DNA of 64,000 nt. It comes from Bugula neritina (taxonomy: Eukaryota; Animalia; Bryozoa). The notes under the pieces were generated by a model. That model had not been told where the DNA came from and did no database searches. It saw only the letters and a program-made list of their open reading frames with translations. Shown in pieces: positions 50,794-63,040 of the stretch (the stretch's first letter is position 1; each line of letters starts with the position of its first letter). A program made the translations under genes and the position numbers. The stretch lies in the NCBI GenBank assembly GCA_964035545.1, contig OZ037773.1, positions 2,385,751-2,449,750 on the forward strand, in the 5' to 3' direction.

Positions 50794-52761
50794 ATGCGGG
50801 GGGTGAAAGTACAACCACATGGAGAGAGCTATTTCCTACCCGGAAAGGTGGCCGGCAACGCCGTCACTTTCCTGCTCGACTCCGGTTGTACTACCAACCT
50901 TCTCAGTCGTAGAGTCTTTGAAGCACTGCCCCTCCGGAAAAGGGATAGAGTACGACCGTATACTGGGGAACATGGCACCCTGGCAGACGGGTCATGTATT
51001 CCCTTTTACGGTATTATCGAGCTCCCTGGGCGTGTCCGAGACCAGGCTGTACAGGAGACCTTTGTCATAGGCCAACTGGAGGAAGATGCTATCCTCGGAA
51101 TGCCCTTCTTGAAGCAACACCAGTGCCGAATAGACTTTAGTAAGTCGGTGGTGCTGATGGGCGGGCGAGAACTCGCCTGTGTGGATAAGTTTGGGCGTCC
51201 TCTGGTGGGCGGTGTTCAGGTAGTTCGAAACTGCACCGTGCCCGGACGCTCCAGAGCTACTATCCACTGCCGAGTGAACAGCAACCGGATAGCCAGGCTC
51301 GGGGTCGTTGAAGGCGCGCACGAAAGGATTCAACTCGCCAGTAGTTTAAACCGACTAACTGAGCGAGGGGAGGTCTTAGTGCAGTGTGTCAACCCCTTTA
51401 CCGAGCCCATTGAGCTCTCAGCTGGGTCAATGCTGGGCCGGTTCCACTCCGTCCAGGAAGAGGACGTGGGCCCGTCGCTGGATGACGCGACGGAGGCACC
51501 CCCTCGACACCCTATTCAGGGACGAGGGGCAGTCCCAACACATCTCCGGGAGTTATACGAAACAGCCAGTGGCGGCTGCGCGAGTAACAGAGAACGCCAA
51601 GTTATGGCTAAGTTACTACGCGACTACGGTGATGTGTTCAGCAGCGGAGAGCATGACGTGGGACTGACTGGAATTGTCAGACACGAAATACCGCTGACTG
51701 CAGGGACAGTCCCTGTCCGGCAGCCCACACGCAGGCTGGGGCCGGAAAAAGAGAAGGAGGTTAGCCGACAAGTACGGGATCTTCTGGACCGGGGACTGAT
51801 AGAGCCCGCCCATAGTGCGTGGAGCTCGCCAGTCGTACTGGTCCGGAAGAAAGACGGCAGTTGGCGGTTCTGTGTGGATTACCGCAAACTCAATAGCGTA
51901 ACCATACAGGACGCCTACCCTCTACCTCGTATTGACGAGTCATTGGACGCCCTAGCCGGCAGCAAGTACTTCAGTACGTTAGACTTGCTAAGCGGCTATT
52001 GGCAAGTTCCTCTGAGTCCCGACGCCCAAGAGAAAGCGGCGTTTATCACACGGGACGGTTTGTGGAAGTGGAAGGTGCTGCCCTTCGGGTTAACCTCCGC
52101 CCCAGCCACCTTCCAGAGGCTGATGGAACAGGTCCTTAGCGGACTCCATTGGAAGACACTGCTGGTCTACCTCGATGATGTCATCGTAATCTCTCCAGAC
52201 TTCGAGACACATGTCAGTCGTCTGCAGGAGGTTTTCGAGAGACTCCGAGGTGCCGGTCTTAAGCTCAAACCTTCCAAGTGCGCTCTATTGCAGCCGGAGG
52301 TCAAGTACCTGGGGCACGTTGTCGGTCGAAACGGCGTGGCAACGGATCCCGAAAAGGTACGGGCGGTAGAAGACTGGGTCACCCCCCAAGACTTGACTGG
52401 ACTCCGGGCTTTCTTGGGGCTGGTAGGGTATTACAGGCAATACATACTGGACTTTGCGGGCATAGCCCAGCCGTTAAACCGGCTCACCGCAAAGGGAGTG
52501 ACGTGGCAGTGGACCCCAGTCGAACAAGGAGCGTTCGACCGCCTCAAGGGCTGCCTACTAACGGCGCCCATCTTGGCCTACCCAGACCCCACTCTGGAGT
52601 ACATCCTCGACACGGACGTCAGTGACCAAAATGTTGGCGCTGTGCTGTCACAAGTGCAGGAAGGCCGAGAGGTAGTAGTAGCCTACTACAGCAAGTCTCT
52701 CTCACCCGCTGAACGAAATTACTGCACTACCAGCAACACAATACGCAAGGTTGCGTATTGA
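50794..52761 (+). CDS. pol: Gypsy pol (protease, RT, partial RNase H)
   Basis: LLDSG, ILGMPFL, WRFCVDYRKLN, YLDDVI, DTDVSD, ERNYCTT, then runs into the LTR. Confidence 0.92.
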   Translation: MRGVKVQPHGESYFLPGKVAGNAVTFLLDSGCTTNLLSRRVFEALPLRKRDRVRPYTGEHGTLADGSCIPFYGIIELPGRVRDQAVQETFVIGQLEEDAILGMPFLKQHQCRIDFSKSVVLMGGRELACVDKFGRPLVGGVQVVRNCTVPGRSRATIHCRVNSNRIARLGVVEGAHERIQLASSLNRLTERGEVLVQCVNPFTEPIELSAGSMLGRFHSVQEEDVGPSLDDATEAPPRHPIQGRGAVPTHLRELYETASGGCASNRERQVMAKLLRDYGDVFSSGEHDVGLTGIVRHEIPLTAGTVPVRQPTRRLGPEKEKEVSRQVRDLLDRGLIEPAHSAWSSPVVLVRKKDGSWRFCVDYRKLNSVTIQDAYPLPRIDESLDALAGSKYFSTLDLLSGYWQVPLSPDAQEKAAFITRDGLWKWKVLPFGLTSAPATFQRLMEQVLSGLHWKTLLVYLDDVIVISPDFETHVSRLQEVFERLRGAGLKLKPSKCALLQPEVKYLGHVVGRNGVATDPEKVRAVEDWVTPQDLTGLRAFLGLVGYYRQYILDFAGIAQPLNRLTAKGVTWQWTPVEQGAFDRLKGCLLTAPILAYPDPTLEYILDTDVSDQNVGAVLSQVQEGREVVVAYYSKSLSPAERNYCTTSNTIRKVAY

Positions 52762-53593
52762 CCCGGAACAATGTATTAGCCAATTAGCTAGGCTGTTTTA
52801 TGAGTATAAGTAGCAGCTTCGCGCTACTAGCTCAGTTGAGGATAGTGCTGTAAATTAAATAGACGTGCGTAACATTACTGTTGTACATTAGATTTTATTA
52901 TGTATTCTTGTATTAAAATATAACGATATCTACTCGACTTAACTCGGTGAAGTTTCTCTAGTGATAAATAGACTCTCTTGGTGGCACATCGACCCTAAAT
53001 CTGAAAATCTTAACAATATCATACTTCACTATATTATACTAATAGTAAGCAGCAGCTTTGGAACTCAAATTCTTCGAGTTGAATAGTAGATGTGGTGAGA
53101 TTCATAACTAAAGCTGCACAGAAAAGCTAAATGTATTAGGAGTTCTACAATGAATATAATATTTGTGCACATATTAGATATTTTAATTTTTGTTAGGAGA
53201 AGGCTGATGCTAGCTTTCAACTGGTCCACTACTCCAGTCTAGCCAAGGTTCATCGTGGTAATCCTTAATAAATAAATTTGTTTAAGCGTTGAATTTTCTA
53301 GAGTCTAGACAAGCATTATCTGTGGATTATTGGTGTTAGTTATAAATCCAATCATATCTACTATTCAACTCACTCTTATAACTCTATTTTTGTAATGGTG
53401 TGACTGCAGGTAAAATTTGAACATATTTGCAATGAGCTCCAAAGCTGCTGCATTATTTTATAACATATTTTAATGAACCATTTGGCAGATTTCAATAATA
53501 GTGTTTTGTTTACATTGCAATAATATAAAGTATAAACTAATAGCTGAAACAGAACACTGTTGATAAAGTTTGTAGTGTTGTGATTTTCCAGTT

Positions 53594-53790
53594 GCCCCTG
53601 TGGTGTAATGGTTAGCACATTTGTTTGCAAATCAGAGCACCGAGGTTCCAATCCTGGTCAAAGCAACTATTTTTCACTGGTGTATCTTCTGACACCTTCG
53701 GCCACCTTTAGTCACCTTCACTTTCAGCAAGGTTAGCTAAATATCCAGGTAGAATCAGCTGCACAGCAGTCTGTACTCTCTACTATCACT
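53594..53790 (+). mobile_element. tRNA-derived SINE
   Basis: A box tggtgtaatgg, B box ggttccaatcc; acceptor stem does not pair; body shared with 3310. Confidence 0.65.
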
Positions 53791-55298
53791 GCTAGTGATA
53801 GTACAGTAGTGAGGTGCCTGGGTGCCTCCCGGCTACTTCTTCAAATACTTCATTGATGAAGCTGTCCACCACACTTTTTTCGCTAATCTTTGGAGGCATG
53901 TCGGTGGGCTGTAACTATACCGAATGCAAGCTGGCACAGTTACTTGTGCTTATACATGCAAATTAGATAGTTCTACTAGTTCCATTGGTCAATCATGAAG
54001 AAGTGTTTTGTAATTTTTATTTTCTATAGTGATAATAATATTATGGAGCGCAATTCTCAGATTATATCTAAGAATTTAAAATTATATAATTCTACAAAAA
54101 TAGCTTGTACAAGTATGAAGTATCAACCATATACAAAAGTAAAGAATAATAGTGTATTATAACGCAGTACGGTATACCAAGCTATAGTGTAACAACTGTA
54201 TTTAATGCTATAGCTGTTGCTCTTTTGCCATTTCTTGACTAGATTAGGTTTAGTAAATACATATGTATATAATATGGTAAGCTCTGTTCCCATGCAAGTC
54301 CTCAATTTATATGGATGCAATGAAGAGACTAGACTAGTCGTTGTATTTTCTTGGAGGTGCAACAGTAAATGCAACCAGTGATAAATGTCTTACACCAATG
54401 TTCCACTATATAATATCGTGATTATTGGAATGCTTGTTCACAGTGAGCTGTTAGATTCTACCCAAGAAATGTTGTCTTTTGGATAACCCAATTAATTTAC
54501 CAATTATCTATTAGGTACCATTTGGTGGTTTTTTTAAAGCTACTGCTCATAAAAGATCTTTGTGCTTTTTCTCTATTGAGATCAGAAATTTTTTACGTAA
54601 CTGTATTAGTGTACGATACTTAAGCACTATTTTAGCCCAGTGAGGTGTGCATCCTTTTTCAAAAGTTTTTTTGTAAGTTATTCTACTGTTGTTTCTAGCT
54701 TTTAGATTTATTCATTCAGCATCACCCATGATGACCTTTCACTAGACTAGCAAAGTGGACCAGTTGAAAGCTTTTTCATTACAGAAATTAAAATATATAT
54801 TATTATGTAATATGGGCTCATATTAATTGCAGGGCTCATAGTATATTTAGCTATACTGTGCAGCTTTATTTTAATAGAGTTGCTGTGGGTTGCTTTACAA
54901 TAATCATACAATAATTTTGCTTTATTTAATTTGTATTGTAATTTTTCTTTTTAGCTGAAACAACTTATTGCTTCAAAACCAATGTTCTTAGAGTTGTCCT
55001 CTATATCAATAGATGGATGTGACATTAATATCTGAAGCTATGTAGAGCATCTGCCACCCAATGACCTGCAAAAGATATTATTTATTAATTATTATCATTA
55101 TCATTATTAATTTTCATGATATAATTATATAATAACTATTTATAATCATTAAGATAATAATAATTATTATTATATGAAAGATTAAATATTAGTACACTAT
55201 ATTCTAATGAACTACCACCTTGCGCACATACTAAAAGGATATTTATTTCCTCAGTATACCTTATAGGTTTTTGACACTTGCCTGCAGTACATATTTTT

Positions 55299-55370
55299 GA
55301 AGACAACTCTAAGAACATTGGTTTTGAAGCAACTTATTGCTTCAAAACCAATGTTCTTAGAGTTGTCTTC
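55299..55370. repeat. Perfect 34-bp hairpin with 4-nt loop
   Basis: gaagacaactctaagaacattggttttgaagcaa-ctta-ttgcttcaaaaccaatgttcttagagttgtcttc. Confidence 0.95.
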
Positions 55371-56311
55371 TATATCAATAGATGGGTGTGACATTAATAT
55401 CTGAAGATATGTAGAGCATCTGCCACCCAATGACCTGCAAAAGATATTATTAATTGATTATTAATATCATTAATTATATTTATATTATTATTATATAATA
55501 AATATTAATAATCATTAAGATATCAATAATAATTATTATTATAGTACACTATATTCTAATAAACTACCACCTTGTGCACATACAAAAAGGATGTTTATTT
55601 CATATTTTTGAGGTGACAACCCATAAACATGTTAATATTGTAAATTTAGAACAGCTCTGCTATGGTGGGTGTAATGTAAAAGAAAGCAGCCATGTTAAGC
55701 TAAAGCTGAGCAGAAAATCAACTGTAATTAGCCCTGCACTCATTGTGTGTGGATATTACATAATATATATATTATTACACTTTTTGTAAGGAAAAAGCTG
55801 ATGGTAGCTTCCAACTGATCCACTACTGGTGTAAAATAATCTAGAGGGTATAATAAACAAGTATTATCTGTGGATTATTGGTCTTATAAGTTATGAATCC
55901 TTTCATATCTACTATTCAACTCACAGCTCTTTATAACTCTATTTCTGTAATGGTGTGACTGCAGGTAAAATTTGAACAGTAGCTATAAGTTGCTAAGGTG
56001 CCACCCATTCGTGTTCATTATAGACAACAGCAACTGAACAAATTGCACCAGGAGTCTGCTTCAACATAACTATTTTGATTTGTGAAGTCTGGGATGGACA
56101 ATTCCTGGAATGCAGGTTAAGCATGATAGAAGATTGTACTTTTTATTCAGTTGTTTATGTATAAACTATTTTACATATTTTAGATTTTAAATAGAACATG
56201 TTGATGAGTGAGTGCATTGCAAACTTTATAGAGCCCAATATATATCTAGAAGGTTTATCAATAATTTATTATTCAAAGGTTTGAACAACTCTACAAGTAA
56301 ACATTTAAAGT

Positions 56312-56327
56312 GGCCCTGAAAAAGCCC
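56312..56327 (-). terminator. Histone-type stem-loop of chimeric gene copy 2
   Basis: Minus strand GGGCTTTTTCAGGGCC-AC. Confidence 0.8.
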
Positions 56328-56370
56328 GTTGGGGTTAGTAGCGGAGCTTGGAGAGATTACTATAAGGTTG

Positions 56371-57783
56371 TCATAGACTAGAATGCGAGATTTCTTTGTC
56401 CACATATCGACTGAGAAGTAGTTGCAGCAAAGTATTTTGTCTTTGCTTTACCTGTATAAAAAAATATTATACGTTAACAAATGGAACTGTTGTTAACATG
56501 GGTATTTTAATTAATTGTAGTAGCTACAGATTAGAAATAAGTTTGCTTATTTTGCAATCACGAAACAAAATTATCTTTCATAATTGTTGCCTACCTCATG
56601 AGTTGCTCGACTTTGTAACTGTGAAGCCAGTTGGGTTAATATTTTGTCACTAAGGGTAAACCTTTCGCCACACTCCATAGCTGCAGTCTTCAATGCCCTT
56701 AGAAGTATCTTGTCCTCAGCTCTAAAAGTATACCATCCCCATATTGCATGATTTATATTCTTCAACTTCAACAATGCATTTAAATGTAAAGTGTCACTGA
56801 AAGTACTGTGATAAAACTGTGGGTTTGAATGTAGCTAGTTGCTTTGCATGCTAGTTATGAAGAACAGGTTGAGAAATTAAGTATAAATTACGGTAGCTTT
56901 ATTGTGTAGAGTAATATAATAGGTCTGCATCCAGCGAGCTCCAGTAGTAGACTGAACTACACTGGAACTCGCTGGCTTTTATATACAAGCAGAACAAAGA
57001 CATTCCTTTGTTGCAGAAATGCCGAAACGTTTCAAATTTCAACAGAGTAAAATATCTTAGTTCTCTTCCAAAGCTCTTTTCTAGTAGCCTATAGGTTCAT
57101 TTTAAGTTAGAAAGTAAGCTTCTGCACCAATATGCAATTTCAACGATTTTCAGCTTGACTATTAAAAGGGGTACTTTTTTCAGCAAAGGTATAAACAAAA
57201 CTTCAGTACAGGGCGTCAACTTTATAACATTAAGTTTATACAATAGAGAAATTACCTTGTCCACGGTGCTATGACTGGTTGGCTTGGGAGAGGTAAAGGT
57301 GGTGTGAGCTCCTTGGGGTCTGTACGGAGAGTAATGACCTCTGCAAATAACGTCAGAAAGTAAAGATTATGCACAGTTTACAAGTTGAAAAGAGAAATTT
57401 AGCAGCATATAGGCTGAAGAAGTGCAATCTGAAACTTGCATTTACAGGAGTACAGCCGGTCACACATTACACTTCATCGGCCAATTTTATAGAGTTGAGT
57501 TTGAGTTGAGCCAACATGATACACTCTACTTAAACAAACATTGGCTTGGGTATATTACAATACAGAAAACAATTTTCTACACTCAAAACTTACCATTATT
57601 GAGAGATGAATGACAGTCTTTAGTGTCATCATCACCTTCCTCATTCAGCTGACTCAGTGGGGGATCCAAGTGACGGTAATAGGCAGGTCTCAGGCCCTTT
57701 CGAGGTCCAGTACGTCCAGACATTCGAGCTGCTTTAGCTTTTCCTGCTTTCTTGGCACCTTTGTAGCTAACTTTAAGAGGCAT
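56371..57783 (-). CDS. Chimeric H2B-tail/SANT gene copy 2, 160 aa
   Basis: Exons 57783-57594, 57340-57256, 56721-56595, 56451-56371; same lengths (190/85/127/81) and GT-AG sites; WTRAEDKILL...EVKQRQNTLLQLL. Confidence 0.85.
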
Positions 57784-57880
57784 GCTGTTAAGTTAGTGAT
57801 AATGTTGAATTCTTGCTCTTGATGTAATGACCGCAACAGTAGTTTGATGCTAAATGATGTTCAGATCTTAAAGCACTCTG

Positions 57881-58024
57881 CATTTATATGTATAAACAGT
57901 AGTTAGAAATTATCCAATCAGATGGCGGTTGCGTAAACTGCCGCCTTAGTGTGCCCTAATGTTTACATTGAAACCGATTATTTGTCATCGACCAATGAAA
58001 CTCGTAGAACAATCTAATTTGCAT
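57881..58024 (-). promoter_or_regulatory. H2B-type promoter of chimeric gene copy 2
   Basis: TATA 57888-81, two CCAAT boxes, octamer 58017-24. Confidence 0.85.
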
Positions 58025-59149
58025 ATCTTATACAATATAGCCACGCCAAACTGTTGGGGAAATTGGTAGGCAACTTCGAGTTGAATTCCAATAAATTACT
58101 CTAAACTTTGAAATAATATTTTACTTTTTAACAATTATTGATATAATGTAGATTTTGACTTAAAGTTTGTATATAACATCATTATAGTGCATAGCTTATT
58201 TATTTTTATTTAACCAGAACTTTAAACTTTTTAAAAAGTTTGGTCACTTTTATAAGGCAAAACGTGAATTATTTAATATCTCTTTCAAAAAAAAACATTG
58301 CTCACTCCAAATAATCAGTATTGTGCTCACCAATCTATCCATAAGTTCACATAGTGGCACTTGTGCATTTACTCATATACAGTGTGTAAATTGCAGATAA
58401 CTTCATTACTGGTATGACTATAAAATTATCTAAATAACCATGGGAATAGCTGAACTCCTATCATTCAATACAAGCAAGGTATAGATAGGTTCTTCTTATT
58501 ATTAAATCACAGGTGTGAGAATGGCTAAGGAAACTAATATTTTTAGCCTACAAATAATAAACTATACACAGATTAAATAAATAATTAAAATAGGCTATAG
58601 CAAACTATTTTCTGACAAAAAAATCTGTAACTCACTGATTTGGTGAAAACAGTTTGCTGTTGCAGTTACCAGGAATCCACCCAATATCAAGATGTAGTAA
58701 AACATTGGTGTAAGAGGTTTGCCACTGATTATGAGCATTACATTACTGTTGCAACTCCAAGACAATACAACCACTGGGCTAGCCTTTTTCATTGTATCAG
58801 TATAACTTCAGGAGATGCCCGCTCCTCATAAGCACACAACAGAGCTAACAGTACGCATCCACGCGCATATACATTTACTAAACTTAAACTAGATGGAGAA
58901 GATTGTTTACTCATAGCGTTAAGATATATTTTCAACTAATGGCTGGCAACAGAATTGATTTTCATTTTAAATTCCATGTCATCTGTAGTCAAGCATGAAT
59001 TCTGTAAATAACAATGCGTTGGATAGAAATTCATGACAAAAATTGCCAGTAAATAAAGCAGACAATGTGATGGTGAGAGATATGCAAAGAGAAGGCTATG
59101 CTGCCTCTTCTTCAGATAGTATTACTCGTCGAACAAATGTCATGACTGA

Positions 59150-59945
59150 CACATGCATCAAAAAACCAACAAAACCGCCAATGGCAACAATGTCACACCA
59201 AAACTTTGAACTAGATACAATGATGACCGATGGCCTAATCAACAAAGGATATAGCTGTAATAAGGAGGTGAAACTTCCTAATGCGTATTCTGCAGAACAA
59301 ATACCTGCCAAGTACGAGTCTATTCCACAGGCAGGTGATTTTACCGCCTGGCCACATTTACAAGACTTAGCAAAAAACATAGTCAAGGGACAAAACATTT
59401 CAGTAAGGCTACTCATTGGAGGCAATTGCCCATTAGCCTTCAAATCCAGAGAGGTAGTAGTCGGAGACGACGCAGACGATGAACCATTTGGCGCACGTAC
59501 TGACCTAGGGTGGGTTATCATGGGTAGTCTAGATACAAATAACACACATGATGACGATAAATCAATCAATCGATTCAGGCAACAAAACAACAATAGTCAA
59601 TAGAACCGTGACTCATTCACCCAAGAAAGCTAAAACATCAGTATCTTTCAAATGCCAAACTGAAACATCAAAACAAATAAATAAAATAATAAACTTATTG
59701 GCTCAAGATTTCAAGGAATGTGTAACAGACAAAGAAGCGGCTTCTGTAAAAGACAGAGCGTTTTTGTCTCTCATGAAACAAAAGACAAAGATCATTGATG
59801 GTCATGTCACCATGCCTTTACCTTTCAAACACAAACCACCGCTAGATAACAGTTTTAAAACAGCAAAAACCTTTTCAACTCACTGCTGAGAAAGTTCTCT
59901 AAGAACCAAGACTTGGAAAACCAGTACAAAGAGTTTGTGGAAGAC
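59150..59945 (+). mobile_element. BEL/Pao fragment
   Basis: Copy of 8040-8823. Confidence 0.9.
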
Positions 59946-60139
59946 TAAAAAACCCATCTTAACAAAAGTTACATTTGTTGACATATAATATTTTTTATGC
60001 AGATAAAGCAAAGACAAAATACTTTGCTGCAACTAATTTTTAGTGCATATTTGGAAAAAGAAGTCACCAGTGCTTGAAAACAATAGGTTCTACTGACTTT
60101 GATAAATAATATATATTTTAGTAATACTACCATACATGT

Positions 60140-63040
60140 ATATATGTTTGAATTTGAGGCTAATGCTTTGTATTTGTATTGTGCTACGCAAGAACTTCCA
60201 ACAGGTTCACCTATTAGGAGACGTAAAGAAAATACCTTTCCTCCAAAGTTTTGTGACTATTTTGGGAGACTGAGTGTTGAATTGCTGGAGTACTGCTCCC
60301 ACTTGAATGGTGTATTTATTCAACATAAATATAACAAGGGTGAACAAAAAGTTGGGCAGCACAGGCTCCCAGTAGATGGTTATTGCAAGAAATTGAAAAC
60401 AGTTTTTCAGTTACATGGTTGTCTATTTCATGGACATAAGTGTGTAAAAACAAAAGAGGTAGTATTTAATCCCATCAATGGAAAATCAATGACATCATTG
60501 TACCAAAACACTAAAATAAAAGAATCCTATATCCGTGCATTAGGTTATAGACTTGAGGTGATATATGAATTCCAATGGGAAAGTTATAAAAAGTTTTCAA
60601 AACATTGTAAAATTTTTTTAGCTTTGTTTCTCTCTAGAGAAATGGAGGAAAATAAACCAATGACTGAAAAAGATATCCTTAATGCAGTTGAAAACAACTT
60701 ATTTTATGGTTTTGTAGAATGTGAATTATATGTTCCTGACAGTGTGAAATCTAAGTTTTCTGAAATGACACGAATTTTTAAACATGCAAGTTTAAGTAGA
60801 TCTGACTTGTCAGAGGATATGCTAAAATATGCTGTACACTATGACATGTTGAAACAGGTTCAAAAGACACTTATTGGTAGTTACTATGGCAAAAAGATTT
60901 TGGTACTTACTCCGCTTCTTAGGTGGTATTTATCACATGGACTATGTGTTTCTAATATTTATCAGGTTGTTCAATTTAAACAGCATAAATGCTTTGTGGA
61001 ATTTGGAGAGTCTGTATGTCAAATGAGACGTAATGCTGACAAAGACTCTTCCATGAAAATTATTGCTGAAACTTCAAAGCTTTACGGTAATGTAATATAT
61101 GGTGCAACTATAACAAATAAAGAGCGTTTTACTGATGTAAAATTTGTTTCTAATTTAAATGCTGCTCAAAAGCTTGTGAGTAGTAAACATTTTATGTCTA
61201 TAGAAGAGCTTGATCATAAATTTTTAAAGCTGTGGGCAAGATACTTGTAAGGGCATTGAAGAGTGCTGCTATAGAGTGTGGCGAAAGTTTCACCATGGGT
61301 GACAAAACATTAATCCAACTGGCTAATTCACAGTTACAAGGTCGAGAAAGCAATTATTGCTCTGAATTGAAAAACCTATTTTTGTTTTGAAGATGAGGGT
61401 AACAAACTTAGTACAAAAGGAATAATGAAACGATGTGATGACATAAAAAAGAATTTTTAAATGTGCTAAATAACAAACCTAGGGTGCATGGAACAATAGG
61501 AAAATTATGAGGCGCAACAACAAAGTCAAGACTTATAATCAAACTAGGGCTGGTCCTAATTTTTTCTATGCTAAGCGAAAAGTACATAGTAATGGAGTTA
61601 CTACTTTTCCACTCGATATGTAGATATCATGCTGTTATCCCAAACATTGTGTATATATTTTGATGTATAACAATGAATCGTATAGTATTATTTTTTATTT
61701 TTAAATATTTTTTTGCTCTTACAATTATGGTGTTTTTACAAATGTATGGGTGTTGGTTTTGTATGACTTACTGAAAATAAGCTAAAATATAAAACTTCAT
61801 ACTTTGTCTTTTAGATTAAAAATGTATAATATAATTGCGCACTTCATTCTTTTGTCATAGACAGTTTAGTATCCAATTTTTCACAATGTCTCTGCACTTT
61901 AAAAGAAACCTTTCAAAATTACAAAAGCTTCATAGGGCATCACCTCAAAAAAAGAAAACCTTGCTTAAATCTGCTAATGGTGATTTAATTGGTGTACTTT
62001 GCGATTGTGCTTGCAATTTAATTAGAAGAAATGTTCTTTTGAATTCAAAGCAGTTCAATTAAAAGCTCTCACTAATAAGTCGAGTGTCAAAAATAAACAA
62101 AAAATCATTCAAAAAGGTGGATGTATTGGATTGCTGTTGAAACCTCTTGCTAAGATCTTGATGGGTAGACTTTTAAGTTGACATCATAAAAAAGTATTAC
62201 TTAATTGATCCATCAAAATATGAAATGCTTAAACCAGCTGCTAGTGCTGGAAATGAAAAGCGACAAAATAATTCTGATATGTCTGCGCATCCAAATATTA
62301 AAAATGTAAAAGATATAGATCAAAAAATGGAAGAAACACTAAATAAATCAGATTTGACAGACTTTGAAGAGGTTGAAAAATACAATGCACTACTAGAGAA
62401 ATATATCAGAAACTTTGGGAATGCTCTCGAAACCTCAAAACCTGAAACAATCCTTTGCGAAGCTGCTTCAAAAACTATAGATTTAAATAATACCACAGAA
62501 AACAAAAACAAAAATCAGTTTCAATCTTTTGAAGAATCACTTGACAGTATTCCTATATCATACCGTCAAAAAGCTCGTAAATTGGTGGATTTCTTGAAAA
62601 ACAACAACTCATTTTCTGTTAATCAAGATAACGAACTGCTTTACAAAAATCAAGTATTAAGAGGTTCAAATGTTAATCAATTAATTAATGATGCAGTACG
62701 AAACAAAAAAATAGAAATAGAAAACCTTGATGATGCGTTTTTAAAGCTGTGGGCAAGATGCTTGCAAGGGCATTGAAGAGTGCTGCTATAGAGTGTGGCG
62801 AAAGTTTCACCCTGGGTGACAAAACATTAATCCAACTGGCTAATTCACAGTTACAAGGTCGAGAAAGCAAGTATTGCTCTGAATTCAAAAACCTATTTTT
62901 GTTTTGGAGATGAGGGTAACAAACTTAGTACAAAAAGAATAATGAAACGATGTAATGACATAAAAAAGAATTTTTAAATGTGCTAAATAACAAATCTAGG
63001 GTGCATGGAACAAATAGGGGAATTATGAGGCGCAACAACA
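60140..63040 (+). mobile_element. Polinton/adintovirus mosaic: pPolB (motifs A and B, nuclease-like insert), PW, gasderminoid-like ORF, repeated pPolB end
   Basis: EANALY..ELPTG, VDGYC..FQLHGCLFHGH, KLYGNVIYG; interrupted by SANT exon-3 fragments. Confidence 0.88.

Larger units (their letters stand above)
49300..53015 (+). mobile_element. Ty3/Gypsy LTR retrotransposon, internally deleted
   Basis: 5' LTR 49300-49605, 3' LTR 52727-53015, TSD ATAT (49296-99, 53016-19), PBS 49607-49624 TGGTGGCAGCGGTGGGAT (tRNA-Leu type). Empty site at ~2720 in copy 1. Confidence 0.95.
46601..59945 (+). repeat. Segmental duplication, copy 2
   Basis: Collinear with 1-8823 plus a Gypsy insertion and small indels. 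Confidence 0.95.

Noticed and set aside
53594-53665. tRNA-Cys(GCA) gene
   Set aside because: Acceptor and anticodon stems pair poorly and a repeat body follows; better explained as a SINE head.
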